Shown in pieces: positions 10,592-21,214 of a stretch of 64,000 nt of DNA; the stretch's first letter is position 1, and each line of letters starts with the position of its first letter. The stretch is from positions 2,281 to 66,280 of the forward strand of contig DOSJ01000006.1 of the NCBI GenBank assembly GCA_003514005.1. The letters run 5' to 3'. The notes under the pieces were generated by a model. The model was not told where the DNA came from. It worked only from the letters and a program-made list of their open reading frames with translations, and searched no databases. Origin of the DNA: Candidatus Falkowbacteria bacterium. GTDB taxonomy: Bacteria; Patescibacteriota; Patescibacteriia; Patescibacteriales; UBA12075. The translations under genes and the position numbers were made by a program.

Positions 10592-11332
10592 CTAATCGTG
10601 ACCACCGTCTACCACTAAAATACTTCCGGTAATATAGCTCGTATCATCACTGGCAAAAAATAAAATTGCCTTTGCTATTTCTTCTGGTAGCGCAAATCTT
10701 TTTAGATATATCTTCCTTGTTTCATCTTCAACAAATTCTTTGGATAAATCTTTATTCATGTCAGTATCTACCCAACCTGGAGCGATCGCATTAACTTGTA
10801 TCTTCGGAGCAAGCTCTTTTGCAAAATCTTTCGTTAATGTTATTACACCAGCTTTTGAGGCGTCATAATCAATCGCGTCGGGGCTAAAGCTGTTAATCGC
10901 ATTTGTAGAAGATATGTTAATTATTTTTCCGCCAGTTTTTTTCAGCATTTGCTCAGAAACATATTTACTACAAAGAAAATTTCCAAGCAAATTGACATCC
11001 AGAGTCCTTCTCCATTGCTCAACACTTCTTTCAAGAATCGGAACATCATAAACAATTCCTGCATTGTTAACAAGAATGTCAATTCTACCAAAAGTTTTCG
11101 TAGCTTGATTAATCATTTCAATAACTTCATTTTCTTTGGAAATATCACATTTTATCGCAATTGCTTCCGAATCCATTTTTTTAATGTCATCAACAACAGC
11201 AAATGCCTCTTTTTCGGAGGAAAAATAATTAACAATAACTTTTGCGCCCTCTTTTGCAAATAACAATGCGGTGGCTTTTCCAATGCCCCTGCTGGCCCCT
11301 GTTATTAGGGCAATTTTATTTTTTAATCTCAT
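10592..11332 (-). CDS. SDR family oxidoreductase (FabG-like)
   Basis: TGASRGIG, NNAG, YDASK, APGWVDTDM, VDGG. Confidence 0.9.
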   Translation of the reverse strand: MRLKNKIALITGASRGIGKATALLFAKEGAKVIVNYFSSEKEAFAVVDDIKKMDSEAIAIKCDISKENEVIEMINQATKTFGRIDILVNNAGIVYDVPILERSVEQWRRTLDVNLLGNFLCSKYVSEQMLKKTGGKIINISSTNAINSFSPDAIDYDASKAGVITLTKDFAKELAPKIQVNAIAPGWVDTDMNKDLSKEFVEDETRKIYLKRFALPEEIAKAILFFASDDTSYITGSILVVDGGHD

Positions 11333-11518
11333 ATTATTTTGCTAGTTATTATAATTTTTTTCAATCTACGATCAGACTTGAATTTCGCACAAAATTACAT
11401 TTATTTTTTTCTTTGATTTGCGAATGCAAACCACTTTTAAAAAGAATTAAAAAGTGTTTTTCGTTTTGAGGAATAGGGAAATTAAAGTAGTGAATTTTCT
11501 TTGTGCAAAAACTCCTAT

Positions 11519-12076
11519 TTAGACTTTTGGCAGACAAGATTTTACATTTTTGATTATATGATTATAAACAAATTCAAAATCAACGATTAATTCCGAAATG
11601 TTTGGCTGTATGTCATCTGGCGTTTTTTGACCGTGTGCTAATTCATGTCTGATTCTGTTAATTCTTTCGAGTCTTGCGTTAATGTCTGGTTGAAGAGAAA
11701 TTAGATTTTGTGCAGTATTAAATAAAGTATTGAAATTATTTTTTGCTTTTTCACCGACCACGTTACTAATAAGCCCTCTTATTTGGTCAAGTTTAGTACT
11801 ATGAAAACCCTCAATATTTTTTTCTCGAGCCCCCATTTGTGTTTCTAAAAAATACTGTACATATTTTTTACCTCTGTATGCGGCAGATTTGTGGTGTTTA
11901 ATCGTTTTATCGAGCCAGTTTTGCAATATCGTTTCAATCATATATTCTATAGCACCGCAAACCAGAACATATGCGAAAGACATCATCTCTAATTTATAAA
12001 CACTTGTTGCCGGGTATTTATCTATGTCTTTTAGTGTTCGTATGATATATTTTTTTCTTTCTAAGATATCATTCAT
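11519..12076 (-). CDS. HEPN-domain protein (RiboL-PSP/MAE_28990-like), putative RNase effector
   Basis: helical 185 aa, N-terminal GAIE, Rx4H motif RHELAH; follows the DUF262 gene by 5 nt. Confidence 0.7.
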   Translation of the reverse strand: MNDILERKKYIIRTLKDIDKYPATSVYKLEMMSFAYVLVCGAIEYMIETILQNWLDKTIKHHKSAAYRGKKYVQYFLETQMGAREKNIEGFHSTKLDQIRGLISNVVGEKAKNNFNTLFNTAQNLISLQPDINARLERINRIRHELAHGQKTPDDIQPNISELIVDFEFVYNHIIKNVKSCLPKV

Positions 12077-12081
12077 ACGAA

Positions 12082-13179
12082 TTATGTTGCAAGAATTTTT
12101 TTAGCTATTTCCATTCTTTGTTTGTAATTTTTTTTATCAGATGTTTGTGCCGTTATAGAATTGATATAGTCTTGATTGTTAATCAATGTAGTATAATTTG
12201 ATTTTAAATTACCCCCCATTAATTTACTACTGCCCTGTAAATGAGCTACTGCACTCATCACAGATTCAAATATTGCGCGGTTAAAGGTTTTAGAATCTTT
12301 GGTTCGTGGAAAAGCTGAGCCGATATTTTTATCAATAACTATAATAGTATCATTGAATAAATTTTTATATTCTATAATTTTTTGTTCATTAATGTTTTGA
12401 TTAGTACTCATGAATTTATTTAAAAACGAAGTTATAGGCTTGTCATAATTGTGTCCTTCAAAAAATGCTGCAAAAAATCTTAAAATTGTTTCAACGTCCT
12501 TCATTCTTTTATCTGATTTTTTTGAAATTATTTTTCTCCAGGTGGTATTTTTTTCGTTTATTTCAAAAAGTAAATCGTTAAAAGTTCCACCGTATATACA
12601 ATTTCTAATTTCTTGTTGATTCAATACTACGCTGCCTGTGTTAATTCTTTGAAAGGCAGCAAATTTTATATTTGGATCTTCTTTTGGGTAAACAAGAATA
12701 ATTGCTTTTAATACAGCATTTTTTATTTTTTTTTGATAAGACTCATCAAGATCGTCGAACGTCTTATTTATAAATCTTTTATCTATTCCTTCATTATCTT
12801 TATCTCCGGTGAGTTTAAATATTCTTTCATCTCTGAACCTGCCTTTAAAAAAATCACAAATTGATAAGAGTCTTTGTTGTCCGTCTATTACTTCCATGGT
12901 TTCAGATTCTGGGTCTCTCCCTAATAAAATATTCGGCACAGGATAACCCAGCAAAAGGGATTCAATAAGTTTGCTTGCTTTTTTAATATCCCAAACAAAT
13001 TTTCTCTGGAAACTTGGCTGGACAATTATCTGTTTTGTTTCATTATATTGTCTAATTGAATCTAGGGTGTAATCAGCGCCATAACTAATAATTGGCCCTT
13101 TTAAGGGTAATGACTCTTCATCAGTATCTTCAATACTGAAAACTGATTCTTTAATTAGGGCTTTTTTTGATTTGGTCAT
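12082..13179 (-). CDS. DUF262 (ParB-like/GmrSD N-terminal) domain protein
   Basis: PSFQRKFVW, LIESLLLGYPVP, VIDGQQRL, FQRINTG..LN.QEIRN. Confidence 0.88.
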   Translation of the reverse strand: MTKSKKALIKESVFSIEDTDEESLPLKGPIISYGADYTLDSIRQYNETKQIIVQPSFQRKFVWDIKKASKLIESLLLGYPVPNILLGRDPESETMEVIDGQQRLLSICDFFKGRFRDERIFKLTGDKDNEGIDKRFINKTFDDLDESYQKKIKNAVLKAIILVYPKEDPNIKFAAFQRINTGSVVLNQQEIRNCIYGGTFNDLLFEINEKNTTWRKIISKKSDKRMKDVETILRFFAAFFEGHNYDKPITSFLNKFMSTNQNINEQKIIEYKNLFNDTIIVIDKNIGSAFPRTKDSKTFNRAIFESVMSAVAHLQGSSKLMGGNLKSNYTTLINNQDYINSITAQTSDKKNYKQRMEIAKKILAT

Positions 13180-13362
13180 ATATTGAATTTATTAATAATT
13201 CGTTTTTGTAGTATTAGCGAAGAAAATATCACATTACCCCTATTTTAATTAATGAAAAAGAAATTTTAAAATTTTTTTTCTGTTTTGGTTTTTAGGTAGA
13301 GGGGTTAGGGGTGAATGTCTAAAATCAAAAACTCCTCATTGGTTTTATTTTAATTGCAAGTA

Positions 13363-14577
13363 TTACTGCATAACTTGACTTGGGTGTAAGGAAAAGTTAA
13401 TTTTTTCTCTCGACTCAAATAATTTCTCCGATTGAATACTTTTTTCTTTTGCTAAATCTTTTTCAACTTGTTCAAGCATTTCGAATTCTACTTTTGAAAA
13501 TAAATTTGCGGGTATGCTATCCAATCTCTTTTTCACAGTTTTAATTGCCTGATCAGATTGATCTATTCCAATCCATTTTCGGTTCAGCTCTTGAGCCGCC
13601 AAAAGTGTTGTTCCTGATCCACAAAAACAATCAAGCACTAAATCGCCCTCATTTGATGAGGCGTTCAAAATAAGTTTTAATAAATCTAAGTTTTTTTCTG
13701 TCGGATAATTTGGATATTGAGGATCTTTAAATTCCCAAATATCTTGCATTTTTTTTCCGTCTTTTTCGTCAAGAAATATTTTTTTTCTTGGCACGCCGTT
13801 TGATGACCACTCAATAAGACCTGTTTTATCCCATTCCTCTAATAACGCGGGTTCACTGCGCCAATGGCGGCCTTTTGGTGGTTTTATTCCCTTCCACTCT
13901 CTTCCTGTATTTCCGTTTGCAGTTTCACCAGGGGCGTGCAAAGGTATCGTCGTGTATGATCGTCCATCTTTGTCAACTTTTTTAAATAATCGCGCCTCAT
14001 CTTCCACCGTATATTGGACACGAGGATTGTTCCAAGTTGGATTTTCAGATTTTGAATAGAAAAGAATTAAATCCTTAACATTTCCGTAGGCCTTGCGATT
14101 AAAGTTTTTTGGATTACATTTAATTCGAGTAATATCATTACGAAAATTTTTGCGACCAAAAACTTCATCCATAATCAATTTAACATAATGACCGACTTTA
14201 TAATCAATGTGAAGATAAATTGATCCATTTTCCGATAGTAATTCTCTTAAAAAAAATAAACGTTCTCGTAAAAATTCTAAAAAGTCAGCCCCTATAAGAG
14301 TGTCACTATAAGCTATGTCATCATCACCGCTACTGCTAATCGTACTAGCCCTATCCTCGCCAATTTTAAAATGCCCGTTTGTTGCAAAGGGCGGATCAAT
14401 GTATATCAAATCTACTTTGCCCGTATATTCGTCAAGCAATGTTTTTAAAATTGGAAGATTGTCGCCTTGAATCAATTTGTTTCCTGTTTTTCCACCGAAA
14501 ACCGTCTTTAATTTAGCATTCACGGTTTGAGCGAGAATATCTTCCTCGGATTTTTTATTTTCGTATGAGATAATCAT
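13363..14577 (-). CDS. N6-adenine/N4-cytosine DNA methyltransferase, beta class
   Basis: motif IV IDPPF precedes motif I DCFCGSGTT; YPTEK. Confidence 0.92.
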   Translation of the reverse strand: MIISYENKKSEEDILAQTVNAKLKTVFGGKTGNKLIQGDNLPILKTLLDEYTGKVDLIYIDPPFATNGHFKIGEDRASTISSSGDDDIAYSDTLIGADFLEFLRERLFFLRELLSENGSIYLHIDYKVGHYVKLIMDEVFGRKNFRNDITRIKCNPKNFNRKAYGNVKDLILFYSKSENPTWNNPRVQYTVEDEARLFKKVDKDGRSYTTIPLHAPGETANGNTGREWKGIKPPKGRHWRSEPALLEEWDKTGLIEWSSNGVPRKKIFLDEKDGKKMQDIWEFKDPQYPNYPTEKNLDLLKLILNASSNEGDLVLDCFCGSGTTLLAAQELNRKWIGIDQSDQAIKTVKKRLDSIPANLFSKVEFEMLEQVEKDLAKEKSIQSEKLFESREKINFSLHPSQVMQ

Positions 14578-14579
14578 AA

Positions 14580-15362
14580 TTAAAGCTGATAAAGAAATTC
14601 GCGTAAAACTAAGGCACTTACTATATTTTCTTTTTTTAATTTTCCTGTTATGTCCTTGTGCATTTTATTTTTGCCTTTGATGTAGAGCACTCCATCTAGA
14701 ATCGCAATTATTGTTGCTTTTACGCCCTTCGCTTTTACCGTTGAAATTGCGTCATTAAACTGCGCGTTCTGGTGTCCGCCAAAATCAGTTAAAAATTTTG
14801 CTTCACCGATGACATATTTTCCATTAAAACGTCCGATAAAATCAAGACCCTTATTATGCTTATAATTCAAATGCTCTCTTGCAAAAGCCATCATTCCAGC
14901 ATCGCCTGCATCCAAAATAGCGTTTCCCTTTGCTTTTAAAAATTTGTCATGCTTCACAGGGGTAATTCCCAAAGATTTAGTATTAACCCAACGCTTAAAA
15001 AGCGGACCGATTTGGCGGTTTGTTTCTTTTGGCTCAGACGATCGAGAAAAAATTTCATCAAGACCCATATCATAAAGTCTACCGCACAAACGATCAACCG
15101 TGGCAGGATTTCGTTTTAATGATGCCTTGTCGCGTTTAAGATATGCCACATACGAATCTTTAATTGGAAATAAATCCATCCTTAAAAGATTTTCAAGTAG
15201 TGTGTCGTTATCTTTCTTTTTAAACGCTTTTTCTACTTTTTTCCATAATTCTCCGTCAAGATCTCTTATACCTTCGGGAATTGTAGGATAAACATGAAAA
15301 AGATCGTCTAGGTAACTCCTTTGATTAGCATATTCTATACTTAGCTGTGTCCAATGATTCAT
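14580..15362 (-). CDS. type II restriction endonuclease (PD-(D/E)xK; possibly Tsp45I-like)
   Basis: GLDF...IGEAKF nuclease motif, coupled to the MTase; family assignment is from recollection only. Confidence 0.7.
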   Translation of the reverse strand: MNHWTQLSIEYANQRSYLDDLFHVYPTIPEGIRDLDGELWKKVEKAFKKKDNDTLLENLLRMDLFPIKDSYVAYLKRDKASLKRNPATVDRLCGRLYDMGLDEIFSRSSEPKETNRQIGPLFKRWVNTKSLGITPVKHDKFLKAKGNAILDAGDAGMMAFAREHLNYKHNKGLDFIGRFNGKYVIGEAKFLTDFGGHQNAQFNDAISTVKAKGVKATIIAILDGVLYIKGKNKMHKDITGKLKKENIVSALVLREFLYQL

Positions 15363-15818
15363 ATGTTTATTTTACTATAAAAATGAATAAAATAGAAATC
15401 GTTTTTTACTACCCCTTTGTGAGTAGAAAAAACACCTTATTACTCTATATAAATAAAAAACTATTTTTCATTATTATTAAAAAAGTAAATTTAAAAAAAG
15501 AAAGAATTTATTTCACACAATGTGTGAAATACAAACTTATTGATTTTTTATTAAATATTAGTTTAAGAATTTATTTAAATTTCTAATAAACTTACTCTTT
15601 GAATTAAATATACCAACATACTAACAAAGATTCTATTTTTATTTTAGCACAAGAGCTAAGATTGCACAATCTTAGTAGAGATATCTTCGATATGTAATCG
15701 TGTTTTAAAAAATTACATTGGTAATAGAATGAACGCAATGTAGCATATAAACAAAGTGCTAAAAACTAAAGGCTGTTTTTATTTTTGTTAAAATTATGTT
15801 ATAATAAAAACACGACAT

Positions 15819-18176
15819 ATGTTTTTAGAAACAGAAAAACCAAACTCGTATAAAGATAAGAAGGAGGTATTCGGGCAAGCGCCAGAGACTCAGGATCCGA
15901 ACAGCAATATTTTTGTATTGTTGGGTGTTATTATAATTATTTTTTTAGTTTTTGCTTTGGCGTATATCACCTTATCAGATAAATCAAATAATAAGGCGCA
16001 GGTAGCGCCACAAAAAAATATTGCTACCACAAGCACAGGGAAATTGCCCCCTGATATTAGTGTCAACCAGTCGGATCAGTATGATCTGGGAACTTCGACC
16101 GATGTTTTGATTGCTGAAAATGTCAGTTTTGGATATTTTTATAAAAAACCGGAAAATAATCGCGAAATTACATTACAAAAATATGAGTTGCCTCTAAATA
16201 TCAAGACTGATGTGAAAAATTATTATGACGCAAGTCGTAAAATCAATTTGGATGAATACTTGGATGATTTGAATACTTATGGCTTTACGGTATTGGAAAA
16301 TCAATCCGAAATCACGGACAAAGATTTTTATTCAGCATATCATGATTTAGCAAGCAAAGATTTGCCAATGGTCATTACGGATGATTTTATTTTTTATTAT
16401 TATCAAAATGTTTTTAAAGACGTATATAAAGAAATTGAAAAAAATGTTTTTTATGAACATGTCTGGCGTTTGAATAAAGCGCTTTACGATATCGCTTTGA
16501 CGCGCTACAAGAACAGCGAAGAAATAATGGGCGCAGACAATAACCCGGTTTTGGAAGGACAAAGACAGCAACTGGCTTACTTGGCGATGGCATTAAAATT
16601 ATTAATGCCGACAAAAGAGCAAATATCAGAAGACGTAAATTTTAGCAATTCAAATAAGTTTACTCCTCAAGAAGCGGATAAATATGGCTTCGTAATTCCT
16701 GATTTTTTGCAAGCCGACATTGAAAAGGAATACAAGTTGATTTCTTTCGCCAATAAAATAGAGAAGTCACCGATTATGCTTTACCCGCTTGATTACAAAA
16801 AATTCTCTATTCCAAGCAACTATCTTGCAAACGCAAAACTAAGCAATTTTTATGTTACTTTGACATGGCTAAAAAATGTTTTCCCTCTTTACTACAAAAA
16901 TTCCGATTGCGAGGATTGCCTGTTGGATAAAGATGACTGGGTGATAAATATGTATGCCGGCGCGAGATTAGCCCGTGACTTGAACGATAATCAAGATCTG
17001 AAAAATCAGTGGGCGATAATCTATAAGTTTATTTCTTTTTTTTCCGGCTTGCGGCAAGACATGACGTATCTAAACTACCACGACAATTTGCAAAAGCTGT
17101 TTGGTAAAAATTATAATTTGGAAAAAATATTTTCTTTGGATAACGACGGCCGGGATAATGATTTACAAAAAATCCAAGACAATCTGGCGGAATTGCAATT
17201 CTCTCGGATTGAAGGCGGTATTGATCGCAGTGATATCAAAAATCGGCCTTTTATCGGGATGCGGCTTTTGCAGGAAGACTTTTGGCCGAATGATTATATC
17301 TTTAAGGAGCTAAGCAATGATTCGATTAAGGCAAGCTTTACAAAAATTACTGACAACACGAGAAAAACCGCGTGCAGTGATAAAAAGGGCGGAGTATATC
17401 GTTGCAGTGGATTTGGTTATGATGTATTAGGTCTTGTCAAACCGATTGATATTAATAGTGAGTATTATTATGACAACATTGATTACGCGGGATATACTGA
17501 ACGACTTGCCGGCTTAAGGCATGAGATTGAATATTTTAATCAGAATACTTGGAACAATAATGTCTATTGGCTGACGCTTGATATCTTGAAAAAAATCCTA
17601 AACAACACATCGCAAAATAAAGCAGTTTACGCAGAGAGCAGTAAATGGAATCAGGGAAGAAGCTACCAGACTGCTTTAGGCGCATGGGTCAATTTACATC
17701 TTGACGAAGATACTCTCGTGCCCTACGCGGAACAGGAAACCAATACGCACGGGCTTGGTTTGTATAATCGTTCATGCAATTTGAATAATTATATTGAACT
17801 TGATGTCGAATTTATTGATGAACTTATCGCGCGCAATGTGATAATGATTAAAATGCTTAGCATCTTGAAAGTTGATAAAGATACGAATGCCGCCTCGCTT
17901 AGGCTCAAGGATCTGAATTCGGATCTGCAAAAGCTTTCGGTTATCGCAGAAAAATTAATCAAAAACCAAGCAATAGACGATGATGATTGCCGGATGTTGG
18001 ATGACTTTGCGCGGCGTAATGTCGTTGATAAGCTGGCTTCAAAATCATTCAGCATAAATTCAACGGAAAAAGCCTCGGTGCAAAGCGTGGAAAAGATAAA
18101 AATACTGGCAATGATATATAATCGTGGAAATGAAAAAATATTGGTTTTTGGCCCGATGTTTGCATATAAAGAGTAA
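15819..18176 (+). CDS. DUF3160-like membrane-anchored extracellular protein
   Basis: N-terminal TM; P.VITDD, EIEK, TALGAW.NL.., FGP.F.Y.E ending. Confidence 0.65.
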   Translation: MFLETEKPNSYKDKKEVFGQAPETQDPNSNIFVLLGVIIIIFLVFALAYITLSDKSNNKAQVAPQKNIATTSTGKLPPDISVNQSDQYDLGTSTDVLIAENVSFGYFYKKPENNREITLQKYELPLNIKTDVKNYYDASRKINLDEYLDDLNTYGFTVLENQSEITDKDFYSAYHDLASKDLPMVITDDFIFYYYQNVFKDVYKEIEKNVFYEHVWRLNKALYDIALTRYKNSEEIMGADNNPVLEGQRQQLAYLAMALKLLMPTKEQISEDVNFSNSNKFTPQEADKYGFVIPDFLQADIEKEYKLISFANKIEKSPIMLYPLDYKKFSIPSNYLANAKLSNFYVTLTWLKNVFPLYYKNSDCEDCLLDKDDWVINMYAGARLARDLNDNQDLKNQWAIIYKFISFFSGLRQDMTYLNYHDNLQKLFGKNYNLEKIFSLDNDGRDNDLQKIQDNLAELQFSRIEGGIDRSDIKNRPFIGMRLLQEDFWPNDYIFKELSNDSIKASFTKITDNTRKTACSDKKGGVYRCSGFGYDVLGLVKPIDINSEYYYDNIDYAGYTERLAGLRHEIEYFNQNTWNNNVYWLTLDILKKILNNTSQNKAVYAESSKWNQGRSYQTALGAWVNLHLDEDTLVPYAEQETNTHGLGLYNRSCNLNNYIELDVEFIDELIARNVIMIKMLSILKVDKDTNAASLRLKDLNSDLQKLSVIAEKLIKNQAIDDDDCRMLDDFARRNVVDKLASKSFSINSTEKASVQSVEKIKILAMIYNRGNEKILVFGPMFAYKE

Positions 18177-18181
18177 TATTC

Positions 18182-18209
18182 TTGACATTTATTCTGTTTG
18201 TGCTATTAT
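18182..18209 (+). promoter_or_regulatory. rplJL promoter
   Basis: TTGACA-N16-TATTAT with extended -10 TG. Confidence 0.55.
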
Positions 18210-18221
18210 TATAATACAATT

Positions 18222-18290
18222 TAAAAGACCGCAGAAAGCAGGCATATTTAGTTAAATATTACTAGATTTTAAGACCCGCCTAGGTAAAAT
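18222..18290 (+). ncRNA. probable L10 leader (ribosomal protein autoregulatory RNA)
   Basis: AAGACCGCAG...GCAGG...CCCGCCTAGGT in the 5' UTR of rplJ resembles the L10 leader core. Confidence 0.45.
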
Positions 18291-18385
18291 TTTTTACAAC
18301 TGTTGGTTTTTTATAACCATTTTTTTATTGCCAAAAACTATAAATATTTAAACGAGGATTAATTATAAATCAAATAATAAACTAT

Positions 18386-18913
18386 ATGCCTAAGACAAAA
18401 TTACAAAAACAGGAGATCCTTAGAACAATTGAGGAAAAAATTAAAAAATCAAAATCAATCGTATTTGCAAAATTTGACGCGCTTGGAGTCAAGGACAATG
18501 AAGCTTTGCGCAGTAACCTAAAAAAATCAGACAGTGAATACTTAGTTGCCAAAAAAACTTTGCTTGATATCGCATTCAAAGACAAGGGGATAGAGAATCT
18601 AGAAATTAAAAATTTTGAAGGAAAGGTAGCCGCGATTTTCGCTTATGGCGATGAGGTTGCCCCGGCAAAAACAGTACATGATTTTAAAAAAGGCAAAGAA
18701 GAAAAAATCGATTTTGTCGGCGGTATCTTGGAAAACAAATTTTTAAGCAAGGAACAAGTAAGTGCCTTGGCATTATTGCCAAGCAAGAATGAGCTTTATG
18801 CCAAAATGGTCGGCTCGCTTAATGCTCCGATTTCCGGCTTCGTCAATGTCTTGGCCGGCAATTTGCGCAAGTTTGTTTATGTTTTAAAAGCAATTGAGGA
18901 GAAAAAGTTTTAA
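18386..18913 (+). CDS. rplJ: 50S ribosomal protein L10
   Basis: VAKKTLL, LALLPSK.EL.A; upstream of rplL. Confidence 0.95.
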   Translation: MPKTKLQKQEILRTIEEKIKKSKSIVFAKFDALGVKDNEALRSNLKKSDSEYLVAKKTLLDIAFKDKGIENLEIKNFEGKVAAIFAYGDEVAPAKTVHDFKKGKEEKIDFVGGILENKFLSKEQVSALALLPSKNELYAKMVGSLNAPISGFVNVLAGNLRKFVYVLKAIEEKKF

Positions 18914-18952
18914 ATTATTGGTTCCTTTGATAATTTTATGGGTAAAAAATTT

Positions 18953-19120
18953 TGTCATTCCCGACACTCCATAGCCCCGCAGGGAATTGATATTAAATGA
19001 TCGGGAATCTTGGTATAAAAATAATAAAATAAGGATAAGATATAATGGTTTTATAACGAACATACGGTAAAAATATTTTATTATTAATAAACCAAGATTC
19101 CCGCCTTCGCGGGAATGACA
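18953..19120. repeat. REP/dRS3-like doublet (arm B plus arm A) between rplJ and rplL
   Basis: TGTCATTCCCGACACTCC...GATATTAAATGATCGGGAATCTTGGT ... ACCAAGATTCCCGCCTTCGCGGGAATGACA. Confidence 0.8.
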
Positions 19121-19251
19121 AGTGAGGAAAAAGTGTTTTATAAATAACCCCATAGAATTGCCACGATAACATAATTAATAATTAAATATAAATTAAGCTG
19201 ATTATATGTCGCGTTGTACACGTTCACATAATCCGCAGTAAATAAAAAAAT

Positions 19252-19656
19252 ATGACAGAAGAAAAAACCCCAGTAGAAATTCCGGCAAAATTCAAATCTT
19301 TGGTAGAAGAAATTGAAAAAATGTCCGTTTTGGACTTAGCGGAATTAGTAAAGATCTTAGAAGAAAAATTCGGCGTTTCCGCTGCCGCACCAGCCATGAT
19401 GATGGCAGGAGCACCAGCCGGCGCTGTTGCCGAAGTTGAAGAAAAAGACAGCTTTGATATCGAAATCACCGAAGCAGGAGCTAACAAGATCGCGGTTATT
19501 AAAGCCGTTCGCGTTGTTACTGAAATGGGCTTGAAAGAAGCCAAAGACTTGGTTGATGCCGCTCCAAAATTGGTTAAAGAGGGCGTAAAGAAAGAAGAAG
19601 CGGAAAAGATTAAAAAGCAATTGGAAGAAGCAGGCGCAAAAGTAACTTTAAAATAA
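19252..19656 (+). CDS. rplL: 50S ribosomal protein L7/L12
   Basis: [29 protein letters not shown]. Confidence 0.97.
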   Translation: MTEEKTPVEIPAKFKSLVEEIEKMSVLDLAELVKILEEKFGVSAAAPAMMMAGAPAGAVAEVEEKDSFDIEITEAGANKIAVIKAVRVVTEMGLKEAKDLVDAAPKLVKEGVKKEEAEKIKKQLEEAGAKVTLK

Positions 19657-19674
19657 TCACTTTTTCGACTCAAG

Positions 19675-19708
19675 AAAACAGGCAAATATCTAATTTGCCT
19701 GTTTTTTT
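19675..19708 (+). terminator. intrinsic terminator after rplL
   Basis: AAAACAGGCAAAT...ATTTGCCTGTTTT plus T-run. Confidence 0.75.
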
Positions 19709-19744
19709 ATTGTTTTTTTCTGAAAAATTAGTTAAGATTATAGC

Positions 19745-21214
19745 ATGGTAAATATTTATAAAATTCGAATATTCTTGTGGATTATCTTGTTTTGCGTAGT
19801 TGCTTTTTTTTCGTATCAAGCAATAGTTCCCGGAGGGAAGATTACTTATGATTATGATTTTGAAAACGAAAGCTTTTTTATCAGCAAACTAAGCCCGAAT
19901 GAAAGATTGGCATCAATAAACAGTGGTATTAATAATAAAATCGTTGGAAATCCGGTATATTTCAATTTGCGAACGCCGCGTGCTTTTGACCGAGCCGATC
20001 TTTTTGTAAAATATAAAAACCTGGCCAATGCGCCACTAATCGAGGCCGGAGTATTGGCAGATAAAAAGATTTGGCGTTATGATTTAAAGCCCTTGGAAAA
20101 CCGCTTACTTGATCGTTTGTCTTTAGTTTGGGATGTGAAAAAGGATGGTGAGCTGATATTACTAAGCAATCCCGAAACCGCGAATTCGGATACACAATTC
20201 AAAAGCGTTGGCGAGTTTATCGCCTCGAAAGAGCATAAAGGCGGGGTTGCCGAGTATAATTATGAGCTAAAAAATGATTTTATTTTGCCTTACCACCAGC
20301 CTGATGATACTATAAATAAAATCGTTTTTCCGGAAATTTTAGGTTCATACCAATTTTATGTATATTTAAAAAATGAAGATTTGGATTTTAATTTTGACTT
20401 AGTTGACCTAAACCGAAATTCCGATGCGGACGATGTTCAACTTTATCTTTATTATAACAATCAGTTGATTGATTCCCGTCATCTAGATGATGACGGCATT
20501 GCAATTGATAATAAACAAGAAAGCAAAATTCATTCGCTTGAAATTAAGCAAGCGAATCTGCCGGAAGGAGTATATAAAATCGAGCTTAAAGCAAATAACG
20601 ATATTTTGACCAAAAAAATCACAACAAAACAAACTAAAATCGCTTTTATTAATAAATTGGAGTTGTATAAAACTGAGAAAAAAGACCGCGAAATATTTAC
20701 AGACAGCCGCGAAGTTCAATTTACGACTGTAAATCCAGAAAGCTTACAAACTATTTTGATCGGTGATTCCGGGCTTGTGATCAACGAAACTTATCGACAA
20801 TTCAAGCAAGTATCAGTATCCAGCACTACGCCGGCTTTAATAAAAATCGCGAAAGACGGAATAATTGTCAGCGGTGACGGTTTGTTCAGTTTTAGCAAAT
20901 CGGCATTTTTCAATCCCAAAATAAAAAAAGCGGATATGCATTTGGATGTTCAGAAAGAAGGGATAAATTATGTGATCGCAAAATATGATTTCCCGGAAGA
21001 GGTTGGGGAATGGAGCACTCAAACCGTATCCTTTGATATCAGCCGCGCTTATCGTGAGAACGGAAAATATGGTTTCATAATATCCGTTCCTGGTCTTGAC
21101 GATATTTCCAGCGACGGGATTGTTTTGGATGAAATAAAAATCAGCCTAAGCGGAAAAAGTCTTTGGGAAAAGATACGAGAAATAATAAATCAAAAATATG
21201 CTAAAAAAGATTAA
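19745..21214 (+). CDS. hypothetical membrane-anchored protein
   Basis: 489-aa ORF, N-terminal TM or signal segment. Confidence 0.7.

Noticed and set aside
19224..19685. Long antisense ORFs over rplL, clpB, prfA, lepA, the M23 gene and others
   Set aside because: Shadow frames of well-supported genes with no recognisable motifs.
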